Below, piece by piece: positions 13,817-27,581 of a stretch of 64,000 nt of DNA. This stretch comes from Eledone cirrhosa (Eukaryota): positions 178,684,001 through 178,748,000 of the forward strand of contig OZ024742.1 in NCBI GenBank assembly GCA_964016885.1, in the 5' to 3' direction. Below the pieces are notes generated by a model. That model made no database searches and was not told where the DNA came from. It saw only the letters and a program-made list of their open reading frames with translations. Positions within the stretch are counted from its first letter, which is position 1. The number at the start of each line of letters is the position of its first letter. The position numbers and the translations under genes are program-made.

Positions 13817-13820
<4 letters not shown>
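13616..13820. mobile_element. Family E fold-back insertion (diverged)
   Basis: Homologous to 5165-5365; imperfect arms. Confidence 0.65.
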
Positions 13821-13913
<93 letters not shown>

Positions 13914-13975
13914 GTGTGTGTGTATGTGTGTGTGTGTGTATGAGTGTTGGAGAACCCATTTCTATATTAGACATG

Positions 13976-14031
<56 letters not shown>

Positions 14032-14106
14032 CCAGTGCGTCACTTGAAGAAGAAGAAGAAGAAGAAGAAGAAGAAGAAGAAGAAGAAGAAGAAGAAGAAG
14101 AAGAAA

Positions 14107-16610
14107 TGAACTTTTCACAGATTGCTTTGTATAGTGTTTTGGCCACTATATCATACCTCATAGGTAGATAGTATCATGATGACATTTTTTTGAAAGCTGC
14201 TTATGAGTTGGGTGACATCTTCAATGTTTATTCCACAGTGTGTGCATCTGTTGTCACATCTAGGTGTTTTGGCTGCAACCCTATCTCTTTTGTGTATCAG
14301 GTATTTTGTTGTTATTTCCTTTTCTGGAATTGCAAAAGCATATCCTGTAACGTGTGAGCTAATATGCCGGTTGTTGGTCCAAGATAGACAACATGACTTT
14401 ACTACATTACTCTCACTTTGAAGCTTTCTGGTAACATAGCCATGCATGATTTTTTGCTGATAAGCATGCAGCTTTTCATCCATTGATTGTTGCCCTATTG
14501 GTGTGGTATGTCTCTGAGTGTGAGAGTTTGGTTATCATTCGGCGGGGTCGCAAGGATCTCCTTCCTAATTCTTTCATGATGTTATCTGCCACATGTAAAC
14601 AGACTTGTTCTATGGCTGGTTTTCTACGCTTGGTGCTTCGTAGATGTTGTTGGATGGATATGATGCGACCGTCAAATGCTGTTTGGTTTGATGTTAAGCC
14701 CCTGTCTCCCTGTATACGTTTCGGGTAGAGACGGTTTATATCACTGTTGATGTAGAAATTTTTGGTACTGGTTAGAACTTTTCGGATTTTAGCATCAATG
14801 CGCAGGATCTCGTCTAGCGTACAGTCAAGTAGACCGAGTGTTGGTGTCAGAACAGATATAGCAAACACATTGTGGGCCACCGATTTATTGTATGTAGAGA
14901 GTTCCGAAGACCATATTTTTTATCATTCGGCTGTTATATTCCCTGGTTAATCGTATCGTGTTACAAATATCACCATAGGATATATTTTCATCTAGCCCTA
15001 AGTATCTGCAGCAGTTCTCATCAGATATCGGTAAAACAGCCAGGCCATTGATAAAGATGTTGCTAGATTGGCTTGTAGTTTTTCTTCGCTTTACAATTAT
15101 ATTGGAACATTTGTCCAGGCCAAATTCCATTCCTATATTCAAGAATTTTGGTTGAACTTCTTTTCCTCACCACATATTTTTCTCCTGAAGGAATTTATCT
15201 TTCTGAGACGGGATCTCAATAACATTTATTGATTTGTCCCTCATACCTTAATCGATTGATGTTTGGTTTCTACTGAATCTTTTATTAATAATTTTCTTTT
15301 CAGTCACTCCCTTCTTATATCGGAGTTTCTCGCTGACAGCTCTCTATTCTTGTTTGAGGGTGATCAGCTTGTATTGAAGACTTCTGTTTGTACTGACTCC
15401 AAACATCATTTCTATAAAATGTTTCACTCTTTGTTGGTGAGAAGTGTAGTTTCTTTGTTTTTGTTTAGATGTGATAGCTTTTTGCAGGTCAACGATATTT
15501 TTTTTTATTTTTGAAATATATAATGTTTTTTTTTATTCTCTGTTAGCATCTCGATTATCACTAAGATAATGCTTTACAGTCGTTACTAGGACATATATAC
15601 ATATTTTAATTTGTCAAAATGTTGGGGGCTTTAATCTGTCATAGATGTTCACCACCGATTTCGCCGAATGTATGCATAATTTCTTTATTTGGTTTCTTGT
15701 TGAATATTGTCGTTTTTTGTCTTTTCAAGAATAAGATTTATACATAAATTAATCTCTCTTTGGAAAGTTTCGCTGAGGATATATTTTAATTGTTTGTATT
15801 CTTGACTTTCCTAGCTAATGCCACACATATTATCATTGACAGTATTTTGATGTTGATGGTTAACGTGACTGTAAGATATAGCAGTCGAGGTAAAGTAAGT
15901 TGTGACATGTGGTGTCAAATCTTTCGCCGGCATGGCTGTTTCAAGAGACTGCATGTGTATTGTTGTTGTATATTGTGGTGGTCGGATGGGGTACAAAAAT
16001 ACCTAGTAACATGGCGGCCTGTAGCAACTGTTTATTGCATGTCTGATGTAGGAGACTGCTTACTTAGTCTTGTTATTTGTAGAGGTTTTACACTTTCATT
16101 ATTGTTTTGAATAATGTTTTTACGTTCGACAAAGGTTGCTTACCGGCGTAATTGTTTGGCTGTGATATAATTTAGCTCTTCGTGAAGTTCATACTAGTGT
16201 AGCTTCATTTTGTTCATATAGTCAACAGGGGGATCTTTCTTTGCCATTTTATAACTATTAACTAGGTCCTTATTGAGTCCGTAGCGTCAAGAGAGAAATG
16301 AGATTTATAGTTTCAGTTCTTTCTTTAACTACAACGAAAAAAATTCTGTTTATCTTTCTCGGTTTTTATTTGTTTCGATTCTTCATTAGTGTTGTTGATA
16401 TTGATGTTGTCATGTCCAGCCATGTTGTTTGTAATAATATATCTACGGGCATGTCTACGATTTTGAATAAAAGGTGTCTTCAATGAATATCATCAGAAGA
16501 ATATTCAGTTATTTAACAAGGCTGGTAGTTGTGGCATTACTTTTGGAGATAGTATTCATCTTAAATTTAATGAAAAGTCTCCTACGCCATATGAGCGAGA
16601 GTTCGTGTCG
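14107..16610 (-). pseudogene. Decayed R4/Dong-like (RLE-clade) non-LTR retrotransposon
   Basis: Frameshifted fragments IGMEFGLDKC, YLG, RLYPKRIQGDRGL, CTHCGINIEDVTQLISS; 5' side abuts (ATGT)n. Confidence 0.7.
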
Positions 16611-16711
16611 AATGTATGTATGTATGTATGTATGTATGTATGTATGTATGTATGTATGTATGTATGTATGTATGTATGTATGTATGTATGTATGTATGTA
16701 TGTATGTATGT

Positions 16712-17240
16712 GTCAGGTCGCTCTCGAGTGCTACTGGTAACATGTAACCCAGTACAACGTGTCTCATGGTGGGGGCGTCGGCGACTAAATCGGCAACCCC
16801 ACCAAGCTAGCTTGGTGAGAAGGGTGATATTTGGACACCCAGCGGGATGAAATACAAGATCCGGCAAAGGTCGGAGGAACTCAGCAGAGTCAACGGCCAT
16901 CCAAATAGTATTTTTTTCTTTTCACCTGGGAGTGAAAGGCCCCCAGTTGTCGCCACAACACCTTTCTAGGAGAGGGAAACTCTGGAAAAAAAAAACCCTG
17001 CGGCTTCGGAAACATCCGATGATGTTGACCAGTTCTTCCTTCCGGGTAGTGTTCTCGATGCTCAGAGAGTGGGATTGGTCGAGTGCAAGGTCTTTCCCCA
17101 CTTAAAAAAACCTTCAAAGCACAGGCATTGCTTGTTCAGGATATGATTCAGGTTCGTGTGGCTGGCCGTAGCCTAAAAGTGCACCAAATTCTATAATCTG
17201 ATAAGCAACTGCAATACTATTAGCTGAGTTTGCAGTCATC
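16712..17240 (+). mobile_element. Internally deleted RTE-derived non-autonomous element
   Basis: 5' part homologous to the RTE 5' region at 32144-32870; 3' end GAGTTTGCAGTCATC(ATGT)n resembles the RTE tail at 35712; (ATGT)n on both sides. Confidence 0.65.
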
Positions 17241-17435
17241 ATGTATGTATGTATGTATGTATGTATGTATGTATGTATGTATGTATGTATGTATGTATGT
17301 ATGTATGTATGTATGTATGTATGTATGTTCTTCTGGTTTTATAATTTCACAAAGTTTTACCAATAGAGAGAGAGTCGGTTTCTAACATAGACAGAAGACT
17401 CTCTCATTGGAATTTACACAACATCAACTAGGTAG

Positions 17436-17466
<31 letters not shown>

Positions 17467-17550
17467 TGTATGTATGTATGTATGTATGTATGTATGTATG
17501 TATGTATGTATGTACGTATGTATGTATGTATGTATGTATGTATGCGACAA

Positions 17551-17767
17551 GGGCGGTGGATTGACAGAATTGGTTTGAGCATTGGTCAGATACTTCGTAG
17601 TATTTATTCTGATTCTTTATGTTCTGAGTCGAAATGCCCCCGAGATCAACTTTGCCTTTCTTTCTTATCAAAATTGATAAAATAAAGTACCAGTAAAGTA
17701 CTGGGGTCGATATATTCAACTATCCCCTCCCACAAATTGTTGGTTTTGATCCAAATTAGAAATCATT
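17551..17767 (+). mobile_element. tRNA-derived SINE (diverged)
   Basis: GGCGGTGGATTG head and core; duplicated at 20928-21143. Confidence 0.7.
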
Positions 17768-18427
17768 AGCTAGGTACGCTTCTTGAAGTGTTGTCATAAA
17801 GTCAAGCTCGAAAAATTAAGTAGGAGACGAGTATTTAAATCGAATGTTCCCTTTTCCTAATGTTCGCGTCCTTATGTTGTTCATGTTAGAAGGCATCGTT
17901 GTTGATCTTACTATTGTAGTTAGTATTTCTATTGATATTCAGAATGATTTCTGGTATTTCAATAATTGTTCTCGGTCTCTAATATAAAAGCATTGCATTA
18001 ATTAATTTTCGCCTTCGCTGAAAGAGGAAGTACCTTACTGCTTTCATAGAAATCATCTTTGCCGTCAGATACCATTGCAGCCATATTGAAAATGAATTAA
18101 TTGCAGCAACCACATTAACAGCGACAATAGTAACTGCAATAAATAAAACAAAATCATCAACAAAACAACATGAACCTAAACTATCTAGACTTACAATTAA
18201 AAGATAAATTCAATTATATAAATTTAAACGAGAGTTGCTTCATTACGGGGTTTTGTTGAAAAGTAGTAGGTGTAAGTTATTTAATCTACCCTCGCTAGTT
18301 ATTTACGCGGAAGGGTGATTTTGACTATTTAATAACACACAATACTCCATATTCACTTTTCCGTTATATTTCTTAATGGTTTTTCCTGCACCGAATTTCT
18401 CCAGCCTGTTTCCTCGCCAAACTTCAC

Positions 18428-18481
<54 letters not shown>

Positions 18482-18560
18482 TACCCCCCCACTCTCCTGA
18501 GCGTGAATTTAATAAACATTTATCGTACTGCCTCTCTGTTCTGTCCCTGTTCAATTTTTC

Positions 18561-18629
<69 letters not shown>

Positions 18630-19130
18630 GAATGTATATATAGTGTATTTTGCAATACACTGTATGCTTAATTAAAAGCATTTCGAAGACCTTATGCTAT
18701 TGTTTTAGAGTAGTGACAGACTCACTTACTTTAATTTCAGCAAACAGAGGGAGATAAAGCTGACAAGGCCTTGTTTCGCATTTATTGATGCTTATCAAAG
18801 CCAACTACTACTCCTGTTTGCTGAAATCATGGATGTTTGGTTCTTATAGAATTCTAGTAAATAATCAGGAACTGATTATACAGAGCGGTTGCCGGTCAAG
18901 CAGAAATTGAAAATTAGAATTGCTGCTCTGAAATAGCTATATATAGATGAATGTATATATAGTGTATTTTGCAATACACTGTATGCTTAATTGAAAGCAT
19001 TTCGAAGACCTTATGCTATTGCTTTAGAGTAGTGACAGACTAACTTACTTTAATTTCAGCAAACAGGAGGAGATAAAGCTGACAAGGCCATGTTTTGCAT
19101 TTATTGATGCTTATCAAAGCCAACTACTCC
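18630..19130 (-). mobile_element. Tandem 319-nt retrozyme-like repeat (1.6 monomers)
   Basis: GAATGTATATATAGTG at 18630 and 18949; one HHR per monomer; no ORF. Confidence 0.75.
18734..18827 (-). ncRNA. Type I HHR with U3:A8 core and long stem I
   Basis: Minus strand reads GGCT-TTGATAA-GCAT..ATGC-GAAA-CAAGGCCTTG-TC-AGCT, enclosed by ATTTCAGCAAACAG/CTGTTTGCTGAAAT; the second monomer copy has GAAA mutated to AAAA. Confidence 0.75.
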
Positions 19131-20047
19131 TTTGTATTCTTGACTTTCCTAGCTAATGCCACACATATTATCATTGACAGTATTCTGATGTTGATGGTTA
19201 ACGTGACTGTAAGATATAGCAGTCGAGGTAAAGTAAGTTGTGACATGTGGTGTCAAATCTTTCGCCGGCATGGCTGTTTCAAGAGACTGCATGTGTATTG
19301 TTGTTGTATATTGTGGTGGTCGGATGGGTACAAAAATACCTAGTAACATGGCGGCCTGTAGCAACTGTTTATTACATGTCTGATGTAGGAGACTGCTTAC
19401 TTAGTCTTGTTTTTTGTAGAGGTTTTACACTTTCATTATTGTTTTGAATAATGTTTTTACGTTCGACAAAGGTTGCTTTCCGGCGTAATTGTTCGGCTGT
19501 GATATAATTTAGCTCTTCGTGAAGTTCATACCAGTGTAGCTTCATTTTGTTCATATAGTCAACAGGGGATTCTTTCTTTGCCATTTTATAACTATTAACT
19601 AGGTCCTTATTGAGTCCGTAGCGTCAAGAGAGAAATGAGATTTATAGTTTCAGTTCTTTCTTTAACTACAACGAAAAGAATTCTGTTTATCTTTCTCGGT
19701 TTTTATTTGTTTCGAGTCTTCATTAGTGTTGTTGATATAGATGTTGTCATGTCCAGCCATGTTGTTTGTAATAATATATCTACGGGCATGTCTACTATTT
19801 TGAATAAAAGGTGTCTTCAATGAATATCATCAGAAGAATATTCAGTTATTTAACAAGGCTGATAGTTGTGGCATTACTTTTGGAGATAGAATTCATCTTA
19901 AATTTAATGAAAAGTCTCCTACGCCATATGAGCGAGAGTTCGTGTCGAATGTATGTATGTATGTATGTATGTATGTATGTATGTATGTATGTATGTATGT
20001 ATGTATGTATGTATGTATGTATGTATGTATGTATGTATGTATGTATG

Positions 20048-20576
20048 TGTCAGGTCGCTCTCGAGTGCTACTGGTAACATGTAACCCAGTACAACGTGTC
20101 TCATGGTGGGCTCGTCGGCAACTAAATCGGCAACGCCACCAAGCTAGCTTGGTGAGAAGGGTGATATTTGGACACCCAGCGGGATGAAATACAAGACCCG
20201 GCAAAGGTCGGAGGAACTCAGCAGAGTCAACGGTCATCCAAATAGTATTTTTTTCTTTTCACCTGGGAGTGAAAGGCCCCCAGTTGTCGCCACAACACCT
20301 TTCTAGGAGAGGGAAACTCTGGAAAAAAAAACCCTGCGGCTTCGGAAACATCCGATGATGTTGACCAGTTCTTCCTTTCGGGAGGTGTTCTCGATGCTCA
20401 GAGAGTGGGATTGGTCGAGTGCAAGGTCTTTCCCCACTTAAAAAAACCTTCAAAGCACAGGCATTGCTTGTTCAGGATATGATTCAGGTTCGTGTGGCTG
20501 GCCGTAGCCTAAAAGTGCACCAAATTCTATAATCTGATAAGCAACTGCAATACTATTAGCTGAGTTTTCAGTCATC
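20048..20576 (+). mobile_element. RTE-derived non-autonomous element (duplicated copy)
   Basis: Copy of 16712-17240. Confidence 0.65.
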
Positions 20577-20831
20577 ATGTAAGTATGTATGTATGTATGT
20601 ATGTATGTATGTATGTATGTATGTATGTATGTATGTATGTATGTATGTATGTATGTATGAATGTATGTATGTATGTATGTATGTATGTATGTATGTATGT
20701 ATGTATGTATGTATGTATGTATGTTCTTCTGGTTTTATAATTTCACAAAGTTTTACCAATAGAGAGAGAGTCGGTTTCTAACATAGACACAAGACTCTCT
20801 CATTGGAATTTACACAACATCAACTAGGTAG

Positions 20832-20862
<31 letters not shown>

Positions 20863-21409
20863 TGTATGTATGTATGTATGTATGTATGTATGTATGTATG
20901 TATGTATGTATGTATGTATGCGACAAGGGCGGTGGATTGACAGAATTGGTTTGAGCATTGGTCAGATACTTCGTAGTATTTATTCTGATTCTTTATGTTC
21001 TGAGTCGAAATGCCCCCGAGACCAACTTTGCCTTTCTTTCTTATCAAAATCGATAAAATAAAGTACCAGTAAAGTACTGGGGTCGATATATTCAACTATC
21101 CCCTCCCACAAATTGTTGGTTTTGATCCAAATTAGAAATCATTAGCTAGGTACGCTTCTTGAAGTGTTGTCATAAAGTCAAGCTCGAAAAATTTTGTAGG
21201 AGACGAGTATTTAAATCGAATGTTCCCTTTTCCTAATGTTCGCGTCCTTATGTTGTTCATGTTAGAAGGCATCGTTGTTGATCTTACTATTGTAGTTAGT
21301 ATTTCTATTGATATTCAGAATGATTTCTGGTATTTCAATAATTGTTCTCGGTCTCTAATATAAAAGCATTGCATTAATTAATTTTCGCCTTCGCTGAAAG
21401 AGGAAGTAC

Positions 21410-21482
21410 CTTACTGCTTTCATAGAAATCATCTTTGCCGTCAGATACTATTGCAGCCATACTGAAAATGAATTAATTGCAG
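21410..21482 (-). CDS. Candidate host exon containing a start codon (MAAIVSDGKDDFYESSK)
   Basis: Acceptor TTAACATATTTCTCCTTTCACAG, AGTATGG Kozak context, donor AAG|GTACTT or GCA|GTAAGG; no homology recognised and no linked exon established. Confidence 0.3.
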
Positions 21483-21873
21483 CTGTGAAAGGAGAAATAT
21501 GTTAATAACAATTAACAAATTATCGCTCCATAAATGTCTTACATGATAGAACAGCAACAACATTAACAGCGACAATAGTAACTGCAATAAATAAAACAAA
21601 ATCATCAACAAAACAACATGAACTAAACTATCTAGACTTACAATTAAAAGACAAATTTAATTATATCAATTTAAACGAGAGTTGCTTCAATACAGGGTTT
21701 TGTTGAAAAGTAGTAGGTGTAAGTTATTTAATCTACCCTCGCTAGTTATTTACGCGGAAGGGTGATTTTAACTATTTAATAACACACAATACTCCATATT
21801 CACTTTTCCGTTATATTTCTTAATGGTTTTTCTGCACCGAATTTCTCCAGCCTATTTCCTCGCCAAACTTCAC

Positions 21874-21927
<54 letters not shown>

Positions 21928-23190
21928 TACCTCACCACCATTAACACTTCACATCTAGGACTTATCATCCTCCACAGCAACTCACTCTTTGATCAGCTCT
22001 TTCCTCTACACAACTCCTATTTACCTCTAACCTTATACTCTACAATAACTGTTAGAATTAAGCATAAAGTTACCACCTTTTGATATAACTACTATAGCTT
22101 AATTATATTATATACAGTAATGGATATATAATATGTAGAGACATGTAATATGTAATAATAAATTATATTTACATTTATAATTAAATATTTAAATTAGTAG
22201 CATGTATATAAGGGATTTACTTTTAACACAATATAATAATAATAAAGTATATATACATTTATAATAAAAGGGATTAACTTTTAACACAATAATGTATATT
22301 ATTACACAAATGATATAACTATTTGGACATGTAAACAGCTATACAATTTTTCCATAACATATATCTTGTCCAGTAATGAATAGATAGCAATCTAATGAGA
22401 CCTTTAATGTATTATAGGAAAATACACTGTATTTAAAATTAAGTATAAATATATAACATTATGTAATAGAGATTCACTTGTATCACATTATAATGTGTTT
22501 TAGAACAAATAATTTAAATAATTGAATTTAATTAGATAGTTACCTCCCCTTACGCATTAGCTCCCCTTAATATTGGATCACATACTCACTTCCGGAAATT
22601 AAACCGTTGGAAAAAGTACCTGTTGAACAACTCTAATCCATGAATAAGAATACAATAAGACTAATTTACAATCCATTGCTTTAACTAACTTAAAACATTC
22701 AATATAAATATTAACTAAAATATAATTCAACATATGTAATGGAAGAGACTGCAATAACTTTGTTTTTCTCAACACACACAAATTCGAACACTATCAACAT
22801 ATTACATCCGCCATAGATTTGAATACATTAACATATTTGCTTACCATGCAGTATTTATTTGTCTATATATGCTTTGCTTATTTCCTTCTCATATATATGA
22901 ATAACGCATGTGCACTTTCTACATGCTTGCATATGTACTGCTAATGTACTATTCCTCTCTCAATGCTTCTTTCTCAATGACTCTTTAATTATTAGACTAT
23001 TCTCTTGTATTATCTGTTGCATTTATTCCACTCTGTGCTTTTAATTTGAATTATTGTACAATTCTCGTTTAATATATGTCGCATCCAGTACACACTGTAA
23101 ATACGAAACTGTTGCCCACAGCATCAATATATTTGTATCTATATGATTGTTCAGTTGAATATGAGGTTAATTATATGTTCAAACATTGAT

Positions 23191-23241
23191 AATGCTCGAT
23201 GACTCCAAACGAAAGTTTGGAAGAAACCATTGTCAGCTATT
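23191..23241 (+). ncRNA. Degenerate type I HHR (core 1-nt deletion)
   Basis: AATGCT-C[T]GATGA-CTCCAAAC-GAAA-GTTTGGAA-GAAA-CCATTG-TC-AGCTATT; tail 23290-23418 is homologous to the minus strand of 2641-2800. Confidence 0.5.
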
Positions 23242-23413
23242 AAATGATTTGTACACAACTTTGATAATTGTCTAATTTATTTTCCTGCCCTGTAAAACAA
23301 CTGATGTTCTTACATTGAGGTATTTCTCTTACTGGTAATAAGGTAGTAGGAAATTGCTGACCTTTCCTGTTTATAGTTGTTTATAGTATATACATAACTG
23401 TAAATAGTATTTT

Positions 23414-23481
<68 letters not shown>

Positions 23482-23489
23482 ATGTATGT

Positions 23490-23878
<389 letters not shown>

Positions 23879-24020
23879 TATTTTCCGTTGTGTTGTAATA
23901 TAAATATTACACACAGTAGATTATCAGCTCACGTAGAGTTTGCTCGACGGTTCCAGTTGTAGTTCCAAAAGTAATCCGGAGAAAAATAGAAAGATTTGAA
24001 TGGATACAGTTTAGTTGAAA

Positions 24021-24144
24021 GGAATTTATTGACACGTGTTTCTATAACAGTTACATAACCTAAAACAGCTATCTACAAACTTTTAGTTATGCAGACATTC
24101 AATATTTCAATGTTATTATTTACTGTCATTTCATCAGAATAATA
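24021..24144 (-). ncRNA. Type I HHR with long stem II insertion (family F)
   Basis: Mirror image of 24575-24698. Confidence 0.65.
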
Positions 24145-24574
24145 TTACTGAGGACCTATTTAGTTTTTATAGAGAATATTAGGAGGGAGGGGTGAAGTTG
24201 TTAGAAGAATAGTTGAAGGAGTGGTTTTTCGATAGCAGTGAGAATTCTTGGTGGCAGTGAGTAATTAGATTCCCATCTGTTGTTTTGACATTTTTTATAG
24301 AATATATTATTGGTTATTTTTCTAAATCTATAGAAGGATTAGAGATAGTAAAGATATGCGCATATCTTTACTATCTCTAATCCTTCTATAGATTTAGAAA
24401 AATAACCAATAATATATTCTATAAAAAATGTCAAAACAACAGATGGGAATCTAATTACTCACTGCCACCAAGAATTCTCACTGCTATCGAAAAACCACTC
24501 CTTCAACTATTCTTCTAACAACTTCACCCCTCCCTCCTAATATTCTCTATAAAAACTAAATAGGTCCTCAGTAA

Positions 24575-24698
24575 TATTATTCTGATGAAATGACAGTAAA
24601 TAATAACATTGAAATATTGAATGTCTGCATAACTAAAAGTTTGTAGATAGCTGTTTTAGGTTATGTAACTGTTATAGAAACACGTGTCAATAAATTCC
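24575..24698 (+). ncRNA. Type I HHR with long stem II insertion (family F)
   Basis: CTGATGA 24582-24588; ATGACAGT/ACTGTTAT stem with ~70-nt loop; GAAA 24677-24680; CACGTG; GUC (cut after 24688). Confidence 0.65.
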
Positions 24699-24727
24699 TT
24701 TCAACTAAACTGTATCCATTCAAATCT

Positions 24728-24981
<254 letters not shown>

Positions 24982-25979
24982 GAATGTATATATAGTGTAT
25001 TTTGCAATACACTGTATGCTTAATTAAAAGCATTTCGAAGACCTTATGCTATTGTTTTAGAGTAGTGACAGACTCACTTTCTTTAATTTCAGCAAACAGA
25101 GGGAGATAAAGCTGACAAGGCCTTGTTTCGCATTTATTGATGCTTATCAAAGCCAACTACTCCTCCTGTTTGCTGAAATCATGGATGTTTGGTTTTTATA
25201 GAATTCTAGTAAATAATGAGGAACTGATTATACAGAGCGGTTGCCGGTCAAGCAGAAATTGAAAATTAGAATTGCTGCTCTGAAATAGCTATATATAGAT
25301 GAATGTATATATAGTGTATTTTGCAATACACTGTATGCTTAATTGAAAGCATTTCGAAGACCTTATGCTATTGTTTTAGAGTTTATTTTAATTTCAGCAA
25401 ACAGGGGGAGATAAAGCCGACAAGGCCATGTTTCGCATTTATTTGTGCTTATCAAAGCCAACTACTCCTCCTGTTTGCTGAAACGAGGCCTTGTCAGCTT
25501 TATCTCCCTCTGTTTGCTGAAATTAAAGTAAGTGAGTATGTCACTACTCTAAAACAGTAGCATAAGGTCTTCGAAATGCTTTTAATTAAGCATACAGTGT
25601 ATTGCAAAATACAATATATATACATTCATATATATATATATAGCTATTTCAGAGCACCAATTCTAATTTTCAATTTCTGCTTGACCGGCAACTGCTCTGT
25701 ATAATCAGTTCCTGATTATTTACTTGAATTCTATAAGAACCAAACATCTATGATTTCAGCAAACAGGAGGAGTAGTTGGCTTTGATAAGCATCAATAAAT
25801 GCGAAACAAGGCATTGTCAGTTTTATCTCCCCCTGTTTGTTGAAATTAAAGTAAGTGAGTCTGTCACTACTCTAAAACAATAGCATAAGGTCTTCGAAAT
25901 GCTTTTAATTAAGCATACAGTGTATAGTGAAATACACTATATATACATTCATATATATATAGCTATTTCAGAGCACCAA

Positions 25980-25985
<6 letters not shown>
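24982..25985. mobile_element. 319-nt retrozyme-like array, tandem then inverted
   Basis: Minus monomers start 24982 and 25301; strand switch at ~25480 (GAAA); plus monomers to 25985; minus HHRs at 25086-25179 and 25391-25483. Confidence 0.8.
25753..25846 (+). ncRNA. Type I HHR with U3:A8 core
   Basis: TTGATAA 25782-25788; GCAT/ATGC; GAAA 25803-25806; CAAGGCATTG; GUC (cut after 25818). Confidence 0.72.
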
Positions 25986-26074
<89 letters not shown>

Positions 26075-26085
26075 CCATGTCCATT

Positions 26086-26125
26086 GCGAGCTGAGGATCC
26101 GCTAAGGTGAAACAATTGTTCTCGG
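26086..26125 (+). ncRNA. Minimal type I HHR (family G)
   Basis: CGAG-CTGAGGA-TCC-GCTAA-GGT-GAAA-CAATTG-TT-CTCG; inverted copy 26178-26252 lacks the core. Confidence 0.65.
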
Positions 26126-26572
26126 TATGGTGAACTAACAGTTGTGTAACCACTTCTGTATATATATATATATATATAAGTGGTTACACAACAGTTAGTT
26201 CACTATACCGAGAACAATTGTTTCACCTTAGCTCGTAATGGACATGGTTATACGGAACAAGAAGGACAACCGTACGAACACGCATGCGCAGAAACGATCA
26301 CTTCCAACAAGCAATACTAAATTGCGGGCGAGAGGTGTAAGGGAGATAATTGCGAAAGTCCGAAAGTTTCTCGTTGTTAAGAAAATTAGGATGTTGTAAT
26401 TCAATCCGGAGCTTTGTAGTTATGTAAGAGGTATTTCCAGACGTGTGGACAACGTGTGAATAATTCAAACTTGAGTTTAGGCAAGTGTGGTCATGGGTGG
26501 GCATGGGTGGGCATGGGCGTTAGGTTTATGGGTGGGTGGTGGTTGTGTGTGTGTGAATGTGTCTGTGTGTGT

Positions 26573-26816
26573 GTAAAACTAGGATACTCCTGCGCTAAGA
26601 ACATGAAGGCTCACATTACCAACAGCCCTAAGAGCAACACCCCACCAGGGTGCACTTTCCGTAAGCTCGAAGCTTGTCCCCTTCAACAGCAATGCAACAC
26701 ACCCGCTGTAGTTTATGAAGCTATAGTCACTGCAACCGACCAAATCAACCACAGCAGGTCAACTCCTATGTGGGTATGGCGGAGGGCCGATTTAAGGAAC
26801 GCTTCCTGGACCAAAC

Positions 26817-26817
<1 letters not shown>
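26573..26817 (+). pseudogene. Penelope GIY-YIG endonuclease fragment
   Basis: VKLGYSCAKNMKAHI..C..CPLQQQC..VVYEA..(frameshift) [13 protein letters not shown]. Confidence 0.7.
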
Positions 26818-26904
<87 letters not shown>

Positions 26905-26932
26905 CGAGAGAGATAGAGAGAGGGAGATAGAG

Positions 26933-27003
<71 letters not shown>

Positions 27004-27133
27004 AGGGTGAAATTGGAAATAGCACTGAAAATATATTTAAGGGTCTGTTTTTCTTTTTTTTCCTTTTTTCGTCAAAGTTGCATCTCAAAAATGAGAAGGA
27101 CAATTCTATAAAAAAAAAGAGTTTTATAATGTA

Positions 27134-27192
27134 TACAAAGTATTACCGGTTTCAATATATTAGTAAAATTCATCTTATCAAATGTTGAGTAT
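27134..27192 (-). ncRNA. HHR-like motif with U3:A8 core (related to family C)
   Basis: Minus strand reads CAACAT-TTGATAA-GATG..TATT-GAAA-CCGG-TA; stem I weak. Confidence 0.45.
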
Positions 27193-27283
27193 TACAATTA
27201 AAAATAATTAATAAGGATTAAAAACTAAAAATGAAAGATTTAAAATTAAGTGTTGAGGTATGATTTTTCCTTGCTGAGAAGGA

Positions 27284-27333
<50 letters not shown>

Positions 27334-27419
27334 GGAGGTGAGTTTTATTGTAGTACAATAAAGCAATGCAAATATCGGATAAGTAGCACTCTACAGTTTG
27401 TAGGACTGGAGTATAAATA

Positions 27420-27484
<65 letters not shown>

Positions 27485-27547
27485 CTGTAGAGTGCTACTT
27501 ATCCGATATTTGCATTGCTTTATTGTACTACAATAAAACTCACCTCC

Positions 27548-27581
<34 letters not shown>

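Larger units (their letters stand above)
15793..21876 (+). repeat. Tandem segmental duplication (15793-18430 and 19131-21876)
   Basis: Near-identical ~2.6-kb blocks; the second copy has an extra ~70 bp (21483-21553). Confidence 0.92.

Noticed and set aside
21925-23190. Possible host exon or ORF in a long unique AT-rich stretch
   Set aside because: No credible frame or splice pair; more likely the 3' region of the element ending at 23418
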